NCBI GenBank assembly: GCA_965658445.1
Contig: CBFHSF010000001.1
Coordinates: 5,793-69,792 of the forward strand
DNA: 64,000 nucleotides
DNA from: an uncultured Schleiferiaceae bacterium
GTDB taxonomy: Bacteria > Bacteroidota > Bacteroidia > Flavobacteriales > Schleiferiaceae
Direction of reading: 5' to 3'
Shown: in pieces, positions 38,474-47,709 of the stretch
Layout: each line of letters begins with the position of its first letter
Position numbering within the stretch: position 1 is the first letter of the stretch
Translations under genes and position numbers: made by a program
Notes under the pieces: model-generated
Told to the model about the DNA's origin: nothing
Database searches by the model: none
The model's input: the letters and a program-made list of their open reading frames with translations, nothing else

Positions 38474-39181
38474 ATGTCTACTCGTTTTCAGGAAAAACTC
38501 GCAAAATATTTACAATCTCGATTCCCGAGGCATTTAAACTTTGGGTTGAGCTATACCAAGCTCAAAACGGGACACAATGATACTCTGGATTATTACCAGT
38601 ATTACAACCTAGCGAATCAAAATTATTCGGACCTAGAAAAGCTATGTCCACCGGATCTAAAGTTGGTTAATTTTAGTGCTTTGATTGGGGTGTTTTCCCC
38701 ATATGGCGTGACCATAGGATCTTCCTTATCGCAAGTGAGGAAGGTGTTGGGAAAACCCCTTTTCAAAATCTTTAACTGTCCAATTATTAGAGGGTACAAA
38801 ACGTTCTATTACAAAAGGAAAGTAAATCACCTGAACCTGACATTCCAACTTCATTTCCACAAGAAGCAATTATTCCTTGCTCAGGTAAATATTCACAATG
38901 ACAATAGTGATCAAGATCCAAAGGATTTAATTAAGTCCTTGATCTTTAATCATCAAACATGTGAAGAAGGAGAGGAAAAACCTATTTATGAAATTCAATA
39001 CTTCAAGGATTGTGACGGCAATTCCATCAGTGCCTATTGCGATCACTTTAAGACACAGATTATTTGTTTTAACCCTGAAAACAAAACGTTTCAGGCGTTA
39101 ATTGAAAAGAAGGAGGGGATGGAGGACCGCAAGAGATCTGCGAAAAAGCCGATTGACAATCTAATTGTAAAGACGTATTAG
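38474..39181 (+). CDS. hypothetical protein
   Basis: 235-aa ORF starting 2 nt after the receiver gene stop. No signal peptide and no family recognised. Looks A+T-richer than its neighbours by eye. Confidence 0.5.
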   Translation: MSTRFQEKLAKYLQSRFPRHLNFGLSYTKLKTGHNDTLDYYQYYNLANQNYSDLEKLCPPDLKLVNFSALIGVFSPYGVTIGSSLSQVRKVLGKPLFKIFNCPIIRGYKTFYYKRKVNHLNLTFQLHFHKKQLFLAQVNIHNDNSDQDPKDLIKSLIFNHQTCEEGEEKPIYEIQYFKDCDGNSISAYCDHFKTQIICFNPENKTFQALIEKKEGMEDRKRSAKKPIDNLIVKTY

Positions 39182-39300
39182 ATCAACACAAAGCACACCA
39201 TAAAAAAAACAGAAGAGATTAATTCTCAGAAAGTAAAAACAAACCCAAAAGCAACCTGAAACTCAATAGAAACTTAAAACTCTACTCAAACATACTTAGG

Positions 39301-40407
39301 TTATTCATCCATTTCGTTTGCGGAGCGAGATTGGGTGTAAGTTTCAAATTTTTGGATTAGCGCCAACATGTCCTCCGGCAGGTCAGAAGTAAACGAAAGT
39401 CTATTGCCCGCAGCTGGATGATCAAAAGCTAAAGACTTAGCATGGAGGGCATGTCTGTCGCAAACCTTAAAGCAGTTCTGAATAAACTGTTTGTATTTCG
39501 TGTGATGTGTCCCTCTTAGAATCTTCTCTCCTCCGTATTCTGGATCATTAAATAAGGGATGTCCCAGATACTTAAAGTGTGCTCTAATTTGGTGGGTTCT
39601 GCCGGTCTCCAATTTACATTCAACCACAGTTACGTAACCAAAGCGCTGTAATACCTTATAGTGGGTTACAGCGTGTTTTCCGTAATCTCCATCGGGGAAA
39701 ACGTCCATTACTTTTCGGTTTTTGAGAGAACGTCCTATGTGACCCGTAATGGTTCCACGGTCTTCTTTTACATCTCCCCAGACCACGGCAATGTATTTTC
39801 TGTCGGTGGTTCTATCAAAAAATTGCTTCGCAAGGTGTGTCATGGCTTTTTCGTTGACAGCCACGACCATAATTCCCGATGTGTTTTTGTCCAATCTATG
39901 TACTAGTCCCGGACGGTCTTCTCCGTTCTTGTTGGGGAGGTTTTCGAAGAGATACATCAAAGCGTTGACCAAAGTACCTGAATAGTTTCCGTAGCCTGGA
40001 TGTACAACCAACCCCGCAGGTTTATTGATAACTACAACATCTTGATCTTGGTATAAAATGTCCAGTGGGATGTTTTCTGGAATCAGCTCAATCTCCCTCG
40101 GGGGATGGGCCAAAACCATTTGTACCACGTCTCCTGGCTTCACCTTGTAATTGGCTTTGACAGCCTTTCCATTGACGTGAATGGAGCCCGCAGATGCAGC
40201 GTCCTGAATTTTATTACGGGAAGTGTTTTCTAAGAAATTGCCCAAGAATTTATCTACGCGCAAAGGGGTTTGACCCTTGTCGGCTTCAAAGCGATAATGC
40301 TCGAACAATTCCTCTTCTTGATCGTTGAGTTCGCTGTCTTGATTGACTCCCTTGGGATTTACGCCTTTAGGATTTAAGTCATTGGGATTTTTGTTATCCT
40401 GATTCAC
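39301..40407 (-). CDS. rluD: RluA/RluD family 23S rRNA pseudouridine synthase
   Basis: S4 domain, then catalytic HRLDKNTSG, then GRTHQIRAH. Confidence 0.9.
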   Translation of the reverse strand: MNQDNKNPNDLNPKGVNPKGVNQDSELNDQEEELFEHYRFEADKGQTPLRVDKFLGNFLENTSRNKIQDAASAGSIHVNGKAVKANYKVKPGDVVQMVLAHPPREIELIPENIPLDILYQDQDVVVINKPAGLVVHPGYGNYSGTLVNALMYLFENLPNKNGEDRPGLVHRLDKNTSGIMVVAVNEKAMTHLAKQFFDRTTDRKYIAVVWGDVKEDRGTITGHIGRSLKNRKVMDVFPDGDYGKHAVTHYKVLQRFGYVTVVECKLETGRTHQIRAHFKYLGHPLFNDPEYGGEKILRGTHHTKYKQFIQNCFKVCDRHALHAKSLAFDHPAAGNRLSFTSDLPEDMLALIQKFETYTQSRSANEMDE

Positions 40408-40464
40408 CGTTTGCTGCCTTGATGTGCTTTTATTCGAAACGGTCGAGGTAAATAAGGATGCTCT

Positions 40465-42249
40465 TTATTGAACAATTACCTTGACCACTTGGGGATTCTC
40501 CCTTTCGGAGGCAAATATATGAACTAAATATAGGCCAGCAGGAAGGCTGGCTACATCCAATGTGGTCTCGTTTCGGATTTCTGCAAGTTGCCTTCCGCTG
40601 AGGTCAAAAAGCGAAACTTTGCTTGGGCTTTCTCCCTCGGGATGACCAATGTGAATTCTATCATCTGTAGGATTGGGATAAACCGTCCATCGTGCGTCGG
40701 ACGCTTCGTCAATATTGAGGTCGTAGGCCTCGTCAAGGAAGTAAGGTCTCAGCATCAATGCGCCTTCAAATACTGATTGATACCAGGTTTGGAGGTCTCC
40801 ATAAAACAATGTTGGCCCCTTGGTTCGGATGTCATAACCAATGTTTAGGGGCTGGGCGGTTTTCTGACGCACTCCAATAAATACCGTTCCCGAAATATCG
40901 ATTGCGGTGTCCAAAGAGTATGGGATGAATTTATTTCGTTGCCAGCTGTATTGCGGGGTGTACAACGAATCTGATTTGTAAATAACATTGCCCGGTTGGC
41001 CATTGTCAAATTCCCAAACCATAATTTGAAATTCATTGTCAGTGGCATCTGTGCCTGCATGTGCAAAGTAGAGGTATAGCCCTCTGAGTTTGTCCGCTGT
41101 TTTGATTTGGAACTGCATGGCAGTCTGGGCCGCCACCGTATTGCTAATGCCGTACGCTCTTTCCGCAGATCCATCGTCAAAAGCGTAGTAATTGCTAAAC
41201 GACTGGCCGTATACCAAAGTGTCATTTGTTCGAATTCCCGCCGCGGTCCCATCAAACCATGTAGTCATTGACAAACGAAAGGTATCCGTGGGAACCAGAG
41301 GCAGTGGGGCCAAGGGAACATCAAAAAGTAGATCTTGGTTGTGAAGGGTATTGGTAATTACCGGAACGCTCAATCGTTGACCGATGACGGTTCCGTTGTT
41401 GTACAATTCGTATTTACCGAGGTTTAGTGGCCATCCTCCAGGAGGAACGGGACCATTTCTTCGATATCCAAAGGTTAAAGAATCATTGAAGTCAGAAGGT
41501 GAAACGTGGAACCAGGGAATAGAGAATCCTTCCTTGAGAAGGGATGGCGGAGGTAGGTTGTATGCAGGGTCCTCAATGACTGTGTCATTAATATTTCTGG
41601 TTTCGTCAAACTCAACGTAATCTACATGCCAATGGTCAAAATCTCCAGAACGCGCGCCATACGTTCCCAGTCTAAATCTAAAGCCATCTCGCAAAAGACT
41701 ATCCGCAACGGGAAGAATTACATTTTTAAAACGGTGAAAAGAACTCCCCTCCACGCTCCACTGTCTGATCCAAAGAGAATCATCCACAGACCAGAAATCA
41801 ACGACCAAAGAGTCATCAGATTCTGGGGATTCTCCCAAGCCCTGTGGTTGATACAAAAAGGACAAAAAGACGTCCACCTTGCCTGCGAGATTGATGTAAT
41901 GAGTGGTAAGTACGTCACTTAACGTATCAGACAAGTCGTTTCCAGGTAAATAAGGCCAACCGTATTCGTCCAAGCCATCGAAGGTTGCAACACCAACAGA
42001 AAGCATAGAATCCGCCATTTGGCTGTTTACGTAGACTTTTTGATCGGCCCAGAAATTGGGATTGGGTCGAATGCTCTTGTATGAAAAATCATCATTGATG
42101 GGGAGATCAATGGTGTCTCCTGTTGATTTTTGTGATGAGGTTACTGGGGAGGGACGTGCAGATAGAAAACCCAAGTTCTCTTCAATCTGCGCATTTGCGC
42201 ACATTGCGAACCCTAGGGAAAAAATCAAAGTAGAGAAGAAGTTTTTCAT
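40465..42249 (-). CDS. T9SS C-terminal-domain (Por secretion tail) cargo protein
   Basis: Signal peptide MKNFFSTLIFSLGFAMCANAQ. The C-terminal about 80 aa has a T9SS type-A sorting-domain pattern (VYPNPTDDRIHI...LFDLSGRQL...LPAGLYLVHI). Start moved to ATG 42249. Confidence 0.75.
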   Translation of the reverse strand: MKNFFSTLIFSLGFAMCANAQIEENLGFLSARPSPVTSSQKSTGDTIDLPINDDFSYKSIRPNPNFWADQKVYVNSQMADSMLSVGVATFDGLDEYGWPYLPGNDLSDTLSDVLTTHYINLAGKVDVFLSFLYQPQGLGESPESDDSLVVDFWSVDDSLWIRQWSVEGSSFHRFKNVILPVADSLLRDGFRFRLGTYGARSGDFDHWHVDYVEFDETRNINDTVIEDPAYNLPPPSLLKEGFSIPWFHVSPSDFNDSLTFGYRRNGPVPPGGWPLNLGKYELYNNGTVIGQRLSVPVITNTLHNQDLLFDVPLAPLPLVPTDTFRLSMTTWFDGTAAGIRTNDTLVYGQSFSNYYAFDDGSAERAYGISNTVAAQTAMQFQIKTADKLRGLYLYFAHAGTDATDNEFQIMVWEFDNGQPGNVIYKSDSLYTPQYSWQRNKFIPYSLDTAIDISGTVFIGVRQKTAQPLNIGYDIRTKGPTLFYGDLQTWYQSVFEGALMLRPYFLDEAYDLNIDEASDARWTVYPNPTDDRIHIGHPEGESPSKVSLFDLSGRQLAEIRNETTLDVASLPAGLYLVHIFASERENPQVVKVIVQ

Positions 42250-42294
42250 GTGGAGGTGCCAAGCTGGCGTCAATGTTTTTAGATTCCTTGATTT

Positions 42295-43143
42295 TTAAGG
42301 GTGTGCCGTCGTGTCAGGGACAAAATAAAGTAACGAATCGTTGACGATTTTATTTTTATCTGTTGTAAGCCAAATATCAATAGAACTGCCTAAGTATGCA
42401 GTGTTTTTATGTGAAGGAGGAGGGCTCTGCTTGTAGACCAATGCAGCGCTTGAATCCACAACATCTTCATCAAATACCGTAACGCCTACATTTAAAGAGT
42501 GGGCTATGAGTTCTTCTTTGGCCTGAGCCAACGTCAAGTATTTGACATAGGGAACGCTGATTTTTTCTTTGCTCTGACCCAATCCAAGAATGAGATTGAC
42601 AACCGTTCCCTTGGCAATGGGTGTACCGGCTTCAATGGGTTCGCCGTCTTTTTCTACGGATAAAACCACGTCTTTGGCAAGATTTGGGCGGTAAATCAAC
42701 TCACCGACAACCAGGCCTTTGGATTCCAAGTCATAGGTGGCTCTTCTCTTGGTTTTGTCGATGAGGTCAGGCAACCCCACTTTTCGAGGTTGCAAAGGGT
42801 TTACAGTAAGCTTTATGGCTCGATGTTCTTTTACTTCGGCGAAAGCCTCTGGGTACTGGTCCACAATACCTCTGGGCGCAATCTTTGGATTGTACTCGGC
42901 GCTGTCAATAACCTCAAAAGTCAGTACCAATTCCCCGAGTTTTTTAGAGGCTTCAGCCAAGGTCATTCCGTTGAGATCGGGAACCACAATGGTTTCATCG
43001 TGATGGGTAAAAGACTTTAGAAAGGCATTGGTAGCGTACAAAATCACAAAACCGAGGGCAATGAGAACCACCACATTGAGGACAAAGGTCTTACTCTTAA
43101 TAAATCTAAAAATCTTCATTCGCATCTTTTGTTTTACTCGCAT
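42295..43143 (-). CDS. PASTA domain-containing membrane protein
   Basis: N-terminal TM followed by three PASTA-like repeats of about 65 aa (VPDLNGMTLAEA..., LPDLIDKTKRRA..., VPYVKYLTLAQA...). Confidence 0.8.
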   Translation of the reverse strand: MRVKQKMRMKIFRFIKSKTFVLNVVVLIALGFVILYATNAFLKSFTHHDETIVVPDLNGMTLAEASKKLGELVLTFEVIDSAEYNPKIAPRGIVDQYPEAFAEVKEHRAIKLTVNPLQPRKVGLPDLIDKTKRRATYDLESKGLVVGELIYRPNLAKDVVLSVEKDGEPIEAGTPIAKGTVVNLILGLGQSKEKISVPYVKYLTLAQAKEELIAHSLNVGVTVFDEDVVDSSAALVYKQSPPPSHKNTAYLGSSIDIWLTTDKNKIVNDSLLYFVPDTTAHP

Positions 43144-43237
43144 TACAATGATAATGTGAGTGTTGGGTGTTTTTAGGTGGGTTGGACTTCACCGGTGGAT
43201 TCCGAAAAATCAACTAGGTAAAATCGGCCTTAAGCCA

Positions 43238-43245
43238 CAAAGATA
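43238..43245 (-). promoter_or_regulatory. -7 box TATCTTTG upstream of the PASTA / T9SS-cargo / rluD genes
   Basis: Reverse complement of CAAAGATA, 95 nt upstream of the start at 43143. Confidence 0.35.
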
Positions 43246-43343
43246 ATAATTGGCACCTCATGTACATTACATGGTAAAGAAACGTATAATATTGATTAAT
43301 TTAGCCATTCGCGAAGTGATGAAACCCCTCAAATCAATCATTC

Positions 43344-44339
43344 ATGAAAATCCGTGTAGGTGTGCTGATGGGAGGATATTCCTCCGAATTTGAAATCTCC
43401 CACAAAAGTGGAATGGCAGTGTATGGAGCATTGTCTCAAAGAGAGGAATACGAGGTGTTCCCCATTCACATCACCAAAGAGTCATGGAAAGTAATTGCTC
43501 CCGATTCTGAATTGGAAATAGACAAGAATGATTTTTCAGTTGAAATCGCCGGTGAAAAGCTTCAGTTTGATGTCCTGTTTAACGCCATTCACGGTACCCC
43601 GGGAGAAGATGGTTTGTTGCAAGGGTATTTAGAAATGATGGGAATTCCTCAAACAGCTAGTCATCACTTTGAATCGGCCTTGACCTTTAACAAGGCCGAA
43701 ACCTCCAGTCTGCTGAGTCATTTTGGGGTAACTATTCCCAAGTCCTACTACAGCGCCAAAGGGGAATCTGTTGATACCAAGGAAGTCATTGATAACTTGG
43801 GCTTGCCTGTATTTGTTAAGCCCAATAGAGCGGGTTCCAGTTTTGGAGTTTCCAAAGTGGACAGCATGGATCAATTGATTCCCGCCGTTGAAAAAGCTAG
43901 GGAAGAGGATTTTCAAGTGGTTATCGAAAGTGGAATCATTGGAACCGAATTGGCCTGTGGAGTGGTGCGCCTCGAGGGTGAAATCAAAATTTTGGGACTT
44001 ACAGAAGTGGTTACGGACAGAGACTTTTTTGATTTTGAAGCCAAATACAGTGGAAAGTCTCAAGAAATCACACCGGCCCGAATTCCCGACGCCATTGCCG
44101 ATAAGATTAAGTCCGAAACTCGATTTATATACGAAAGCCTGAACCTTTCTGGAATCGCTAGAGTGGATTACATTTTGAGCGATGAGGATCAAAAACCTTA
44201 TTTTATTGAGGTAAACTCCGTTCCTGGGCTGGGAGGGGAGTCCATTGTCCCCAAGCAGATTGCTTTCAACCAATGGGAGCCCTCTGCGTTTTATCACAGA
44301 GTCATCCAACAAACACTATCGGACGCCAAATCTAAATAA
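43344..44339 (+). CDS. ddl: D-alanine--D-alanine ligase
   Basis: ATP-grasp fold with LHGTPGEDG-like IHGTPGEDGLLQG and VKPNRAGSSFGVSKV, plus the C-terminal EVNSVPG. Confidence 0.95.
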   Translation: MKIRVGVLMGGYSSEFEISHKSGMAVYGALSQREEYEVFPIHITKESWKVIAPDSELEIDKNDFSVEIAGEKLQFDVLFNAIHGTPGEDGLLQGYLEMMGIPQTASHHFESALTFNKAETSSLLSHFGVTIPKSYYSAKGESVDTKEVIDNLGLPVFVKPNRAGSSFGVSKVDSMDQLIPAVEKAREEDFQVVIESGIIGTELACGVVRLEGEIKILGLTEVVTDRDFFDFEAKYSGKSQEITPARIPDAIADKIKSETRFIYESLNLSGIARVDYILSDEDQKPYFIEVNSVPGLGGESIVPKQIAFNQWEPSAFYHRVIQQTLSDAKSK

Positions 44340-44348
44340 CATCTGATC

Positions 44349-44819
44349 ATGAGTAGAGTTGCTGTTTTTCCAGGTTCTTTTGACCCCATCACCAATGGCC
44401 ACGTAGACATTATAGAAAGAGCCTTACCTCTTTTTGACAAGATCATCATTGCGGTCGGTGAGAACGCAACCAAGAATTATATGTTCTCTTTGGAACAGCG
44501 CGTTAAGTTCATCAAAGATGAATTTCAATCGGAGCCCACTATAGACGTCGTTACGTACAGCGGGCTGACCGTTGATTTTGCCTTGGATTCGGGAGCGGCC
44601 TTTATGTTGAGAGGAATTAGAAATCCTGCGGACTTTGAATTCGAAAAATCCATCGCCCAAGCCAACCGTCAAATGGTACCTTCCTTGGAAACCGTTTTTC
44701 TATTGACCAGTGCTCGTTACGCCTATATCAGCTCTAGTATTGTGCGAGATGTGATAAGAAACAACGGCGATTACACGCAGTTTGTGCCCGATTCTGTACG
44801 AGTACCTGCGAGTAAGTAA
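44349..44819 (+). CDS. coaD: pantetheine-phosphate adenylyltransferase
   Basis: AVFPGSFDPITNGHVDII (HxGH), GIRNPADFEFE and ISSSIVR. Confidence 0.95.
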   Translation: MSRVAVFPGSFDPITNGHVDIIERALPLFDKIIIAVGENATKNYMFSLEQRVKFIKDEFQSEPTIDVVTYSGLTVDFALDSGAAFMLRGIRNPADFEFEKSIAQANRQMVPSLETVFLLTSARYAYISSSIVRDVIRNNGDYTQFVPDSVRVPASK

Positions 44820-45428
44820 CTAAGGGGCAGTCGCCTCTCTCAAAACTTCCTGAATGGAAGGGTAGGTGTTTTCAATTTTTTCGGCCTCATCTTCTGGTTT
44901 GACCCAAACCACTTCTGATATGTCCTCCTCCGTTTGAGGGGTCAATGGACCAGTGTAATCAGTGGTCATGTGGAACCAATACGTGATCTTAAAAATCCAA
45001 CGGCCTTTGAGAAAGTACATGTGGTAAGAATTGGGAAGAGCCTTTCCCAAGGTTGGGGCTGGCAATCCACATTCTTCTTCCACTTCTCTAACCGCAGCGA
45101 GTTCTTTGGATTCTTCTGCTTCTATTTTTCCCTTGGGGAGATCCCATGTTCCCAAACGATGAATCCAAAGTTTCTGGCCCTTCTGGTTTTTTACCCATCC
45201 TCCGGCGGCTTCCAGAATTTTAAATTGACTGGAAAAGGTTTTTAAAGATTCGCTGGGATTTTTGGAAAAGTGGACTACCTCCCTTCGGCCTTCAGCCAAG
45301 TCTTCTACAAGGTCAATGCACGACGCAGAATCTTCGGGGTTAAACGCTGGAAAATCCTCTGAATATTTGCTCTCAGAAGTGAACAAAATAGAGGAATCAT
45401 TGATGAAAACTTTATACCTTTGGCTCAT
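44820..45428 (-). CDS. NUDIX hydrolase
   Basis: Nudix box GKIEAEESKELAAVREVEEECGL. Confidence 0.85.
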   Translation of the reverse strand: MSQRYKVFINDSSILFTSESKYSEDFPAFNPEDSASCIDLVEDLAEGRREVVHFSKNPSESLKTFSSQFKILEAAGGWVKNQKGQKLWIHRLGTWDLPKGKIEAEESKELAAVREVEEECGLPAPTLGKALPNSYHMYFLKGRWIFKITYWFHMTTDYTGPLTPQTEEDISEVVWVKPEDEAEKIENTYPSIQEVLREATAP

Positions 45429-45438
45429 GATTGCAAAA

Positions 45439-46068
45439 ATGGAAATCGCTAAAAAAACGGCTGAGTTACTATTGCAAATTAAAGCAATAAAACTTCAACC
45501 TCAAGACCCTTTTACTTGGGCCTCAGGATGGAATTCTCCCATCTACTGTGACAACAGATTGTCTTTGAGTTATCCAGAAGTTCGCAGGTTTTTGTGTGAC
45601 TCCTTGGTAACAGAAATCAAACAGAAATACGGAAAAGCTGACGCCATTGCAGGTGTGGCCACAGGAGCCATTGCCATGGGAATTATGGTCGCGGAGGCCA
45701 TGGACTTGCCCTTCGTTTACGTAAGGCCAGAAGCCAAGAGCCACGGACGCAAAAACCAAATAGAAGGTCAACTTCCCGAAAACGCCAAGGTCATTGTTGT
45801 GGAAGATTTGATTTCTACCGGAGGATCTTCACTTAAGGCTGTTGCCGCTTTGCGCGAAGCGGGAGCTGAAGTTTTGGGAATGGCTGCATTGTTCACCTAC
45901 GGCTTCCAAGTTTCTCGAGACAACTTTAGTGAATCCAACTGTGAATTGTTTACCTTGAGCAATTATGAAGTTCTCATCGAGCAGGCCATAGCCTCAGGCT
46001 ACGTAAGTTCAGAGGATCAAGAAACGTTGAACAATTGGAGGATAGCCCCTGACCAATGGAATAAATAA
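45439..46068 (+). CDS. pyrE: orotate phosphoribosyltransferase
   Basis: FTWASGWNSPIYCDNR and the PRPP motif VIVVEDLISTGGSS. ATG 45439 (or 45427) is the start. The ORF-track start at 45262 is antisense to the NUDIX gene. Confidence 0.92.
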   Translation: MEIAKKTAELLLQIKAIKLQPQDPFTWASGWNSPIYCDNRLSLSYPEVRRFLCDSLVTEIKQKYGKADAIAGVATGAIAMGIMVAEAMDLPFVYVRPEAKSHGRKNQIEGQLPENAKVIVVEDLISTGGSSLKAVAALREAGAEVLGMAALFTYGFQVSRDNFSESNCELFTLSNYEVLIEQAIASGYVSSEDQETLNNWRIAPDQWNK

Positions 46069-46075
46069 AGCACTG

Positions 46076-46471
46076 ATGAACCTAAAAATTGAAGGGGATA
46101 AAATCCCCATGAAAAAGTCCCCAGACGAGTTGTTTAACTTCTTTAGCAAGCCTGCGAACTTTGCTGAAATCATGCCGGAAGACATCGGTAAGTTTGAAGC
46201 GGGAGATGATTGGTTCATCTTTGGCCTTAAGGGTATGCCGGACGTGAAATTGAAGGTTGCCGAGTTGGTTCCTGGAAAATTGATTCACTTGGTTTCTGCC
46301 AGTGACAAAATTCCCTTCAGCCTCAAAGCAGAATTTGAACCACAAGATGAAGGGTGTACGGCTCAGCTAAATTTTGAAGGGAACTTCAACCCCATGCTAA
46401 AAATGATGGTAGAGCGTCCTCTCAAGTCTTTTTTGGGTAAACTCTCTGATAAATTGAAAGTCCATTCTTAG
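46076..46471 (+). CDS. SRPBCC (START/Bet v1-like) family protein
   Basis: 131 aa. The assignment rests on weak pattern recognition only. Confidence 0.5.
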   Translation: MNLKIEGDKIPMKKSPDELFNFFSKPANFAEIMPEDIGKFEAGDDWFIFGLKGMPDVKLKVAELVPGKLIHLVSASDKIPFSLKAEFEPQDEGCTAQLNFEGNFNPMLKMMVERPLKSFLGKLSDKLKVHS

Positions 46472-46489
46472 ACTGCGGTCCTCAAAATA

Positions 46490-47227
46490 TCAATACACAA
46501 ATTGTATTTCTTTAAAGTCAAAGCGGAGTTTTTCTCCGCTTTCTTTTTGGATTAAAACGTGGCCACTGGGTTCTACTTCAACTATGTGTCCTGTAAATTC
46601 ACCACTTCCGTCCACAAATTTTTCAGGTGTTCTTCCGATGAGTTTAGAATAGTAGAAGGGGTACAAGGCTTCCCAATCTTTTAAATGCACTTTGTTTGCG
46701 TTGTAAGCCATTTCTAATTGGTCCAAGAATAAATCCAAGGGAACGTGAATACCTGTCAATCCCTCTACAGACCCGGCATTTGGTGTTTCGTCAAACTCTT
46801 GACGATATAAATTAAGTCCCAATCCCATAAGGGCGTGAGAAATGTTTTCGCCTCGAATTCCGGTTTCTATCAATATGCCTCCAACTTTTTTGCGATTGAG
46901 TACAATGTCATTAGGCCATTTGAGTTCAGCCAAAACACCAAAGGTTCTCAAGGCGTCAACTACAGAAACCGAAAAGAGCATATTTAGTGAAAAACGAAGT
47001 GACAGGGGAGTGGATTTGGGTTGCACTACCAATGTCATGAGTAGGGATTTTCCGGCGGAATCCTGCCATTGTGTCCCTCGTTGGCCTCTGCCTTTGCGTT
47101 GTGTTTGAGCCAGTATGACAGAGCCATCCATGGAGGGATTTCTCTTTAGCCATTCCAGTGCGGTCTCATTGGTGGAATCTAAGTCGCTGAATTTAAGAAG
47201 GTTCCATCTTTTCAAATAGTCTGTCAT
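46490..47227 (-). CDS. birA: biotin--[acetyl-CoA-carboxylase] ligase (no N-terminal HTH)
   Basis: QRKGRGQRGTQW (GRGRxGR-type biotin/ATP loop), KWPNDI, and a C-terminal SH3-like tail. Confidence 0.88.
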   Translation of the reverse strand: MTDYLKRWNLLKFSDLDSTNETALEWLKRNPSMDGSVILAQTQRKGRGQRGTQWQDSAGKSLLMTLVVQPKSTPLSLRFSLNMLFSVSVVDALRTFGVLAELKWPNDIVLNRKKVGGILIETGIRGENISHALMGLGLNLYRQEFDETPNAGSVEGLTGIHVPLDLFLDQLEMAYNANKVHLKDWEALYPFYYSKLIGRTPEKFVDGSGEFTGHIVEVEPSGHVLIQKESGEKLRFDFKEIQFVY

Positions 47228-47277
47228 TTGGCTTTAATTTAGGATTGTTGGCATGTGTATTGCTCTTCCGAATTACC

Positions 47278-47285
47278 TATTTTTG
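47278..47285 (+). promoter_or_regulatory. -7 box TATTTTTG upstream of rsfS-ftsH
   Basis: Matches TAnnTTTG, 26 nt before ATG 47311. Confidence 0.5.
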
Positions 47286-47310
47286 AAAGAACATTGAGTC
47301 AACCAATATA

Positions 47311-47682
47311 ATGAGTAAAGACCTAGAACAAAACTTTCCGGACCTGATACAGCAAATCGTAGAAGGAATGGATGACCTCAAGGCGCTGGACATTACCGTA
47401 ATGGATATGCGCGAAATTGAAAACTCTGTCACCGATTTTTTTGTTATTAGCCAAGGAACCTCCACCACACAGGTGAAGTCCATTAGCGATTCTATAGAAA
47501 AGAAGGTTAGAGAAGAGCTCGGCGAAAAGCCATGGCACATTGAAGGGGAAGCAGAATCCAACTGGATCTTACTCGATTATGTTTCGGCAGTAGCTCACGT
47601 TTTTTTAGATGAGCAGAGAAAATTTTATGACCTTGAAGGGTTGTGGGGTGATGCGAAAATCACTGTACTCTCTCAAGACTAA
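47311..47682 (+). CDS. rsfS: ribosome silencing factor
   Basis: DFFVISQGTSTTQVKSI and WILLDY..V.HVF are RsfS/iojap motifs. Confidence 0.92.
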   Translation: MSKDLEQNFPDLIQQIVEGMDDLKALDITVMDMREIENSVTDFFVISQGTSTTQVKSISDSIEKKVREELGEKPWHIEGEAESNWILLDYVSAVAHVFLDEQRKFYDLEGLWGDAKITVLSQD

Positions 47683-47709
47683 AAGACATCAAGTTAGAAA
47701 TGACATTTC

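Noticed and set aside
43629-44312. A 227-aa ORF antisense to ddl, which is long for a genome of this base composition.
   Set aside because: It lies entirely inside a confidently identified ddl gene, has no recognisable motif, signal or TM segment, and its composition looks like a mirror of the sense codons. The same applies to the other antisense ORFs in the track: 3575-4189, 6812-7219, 33727-34182, 47914-48339 and 53182-53616.
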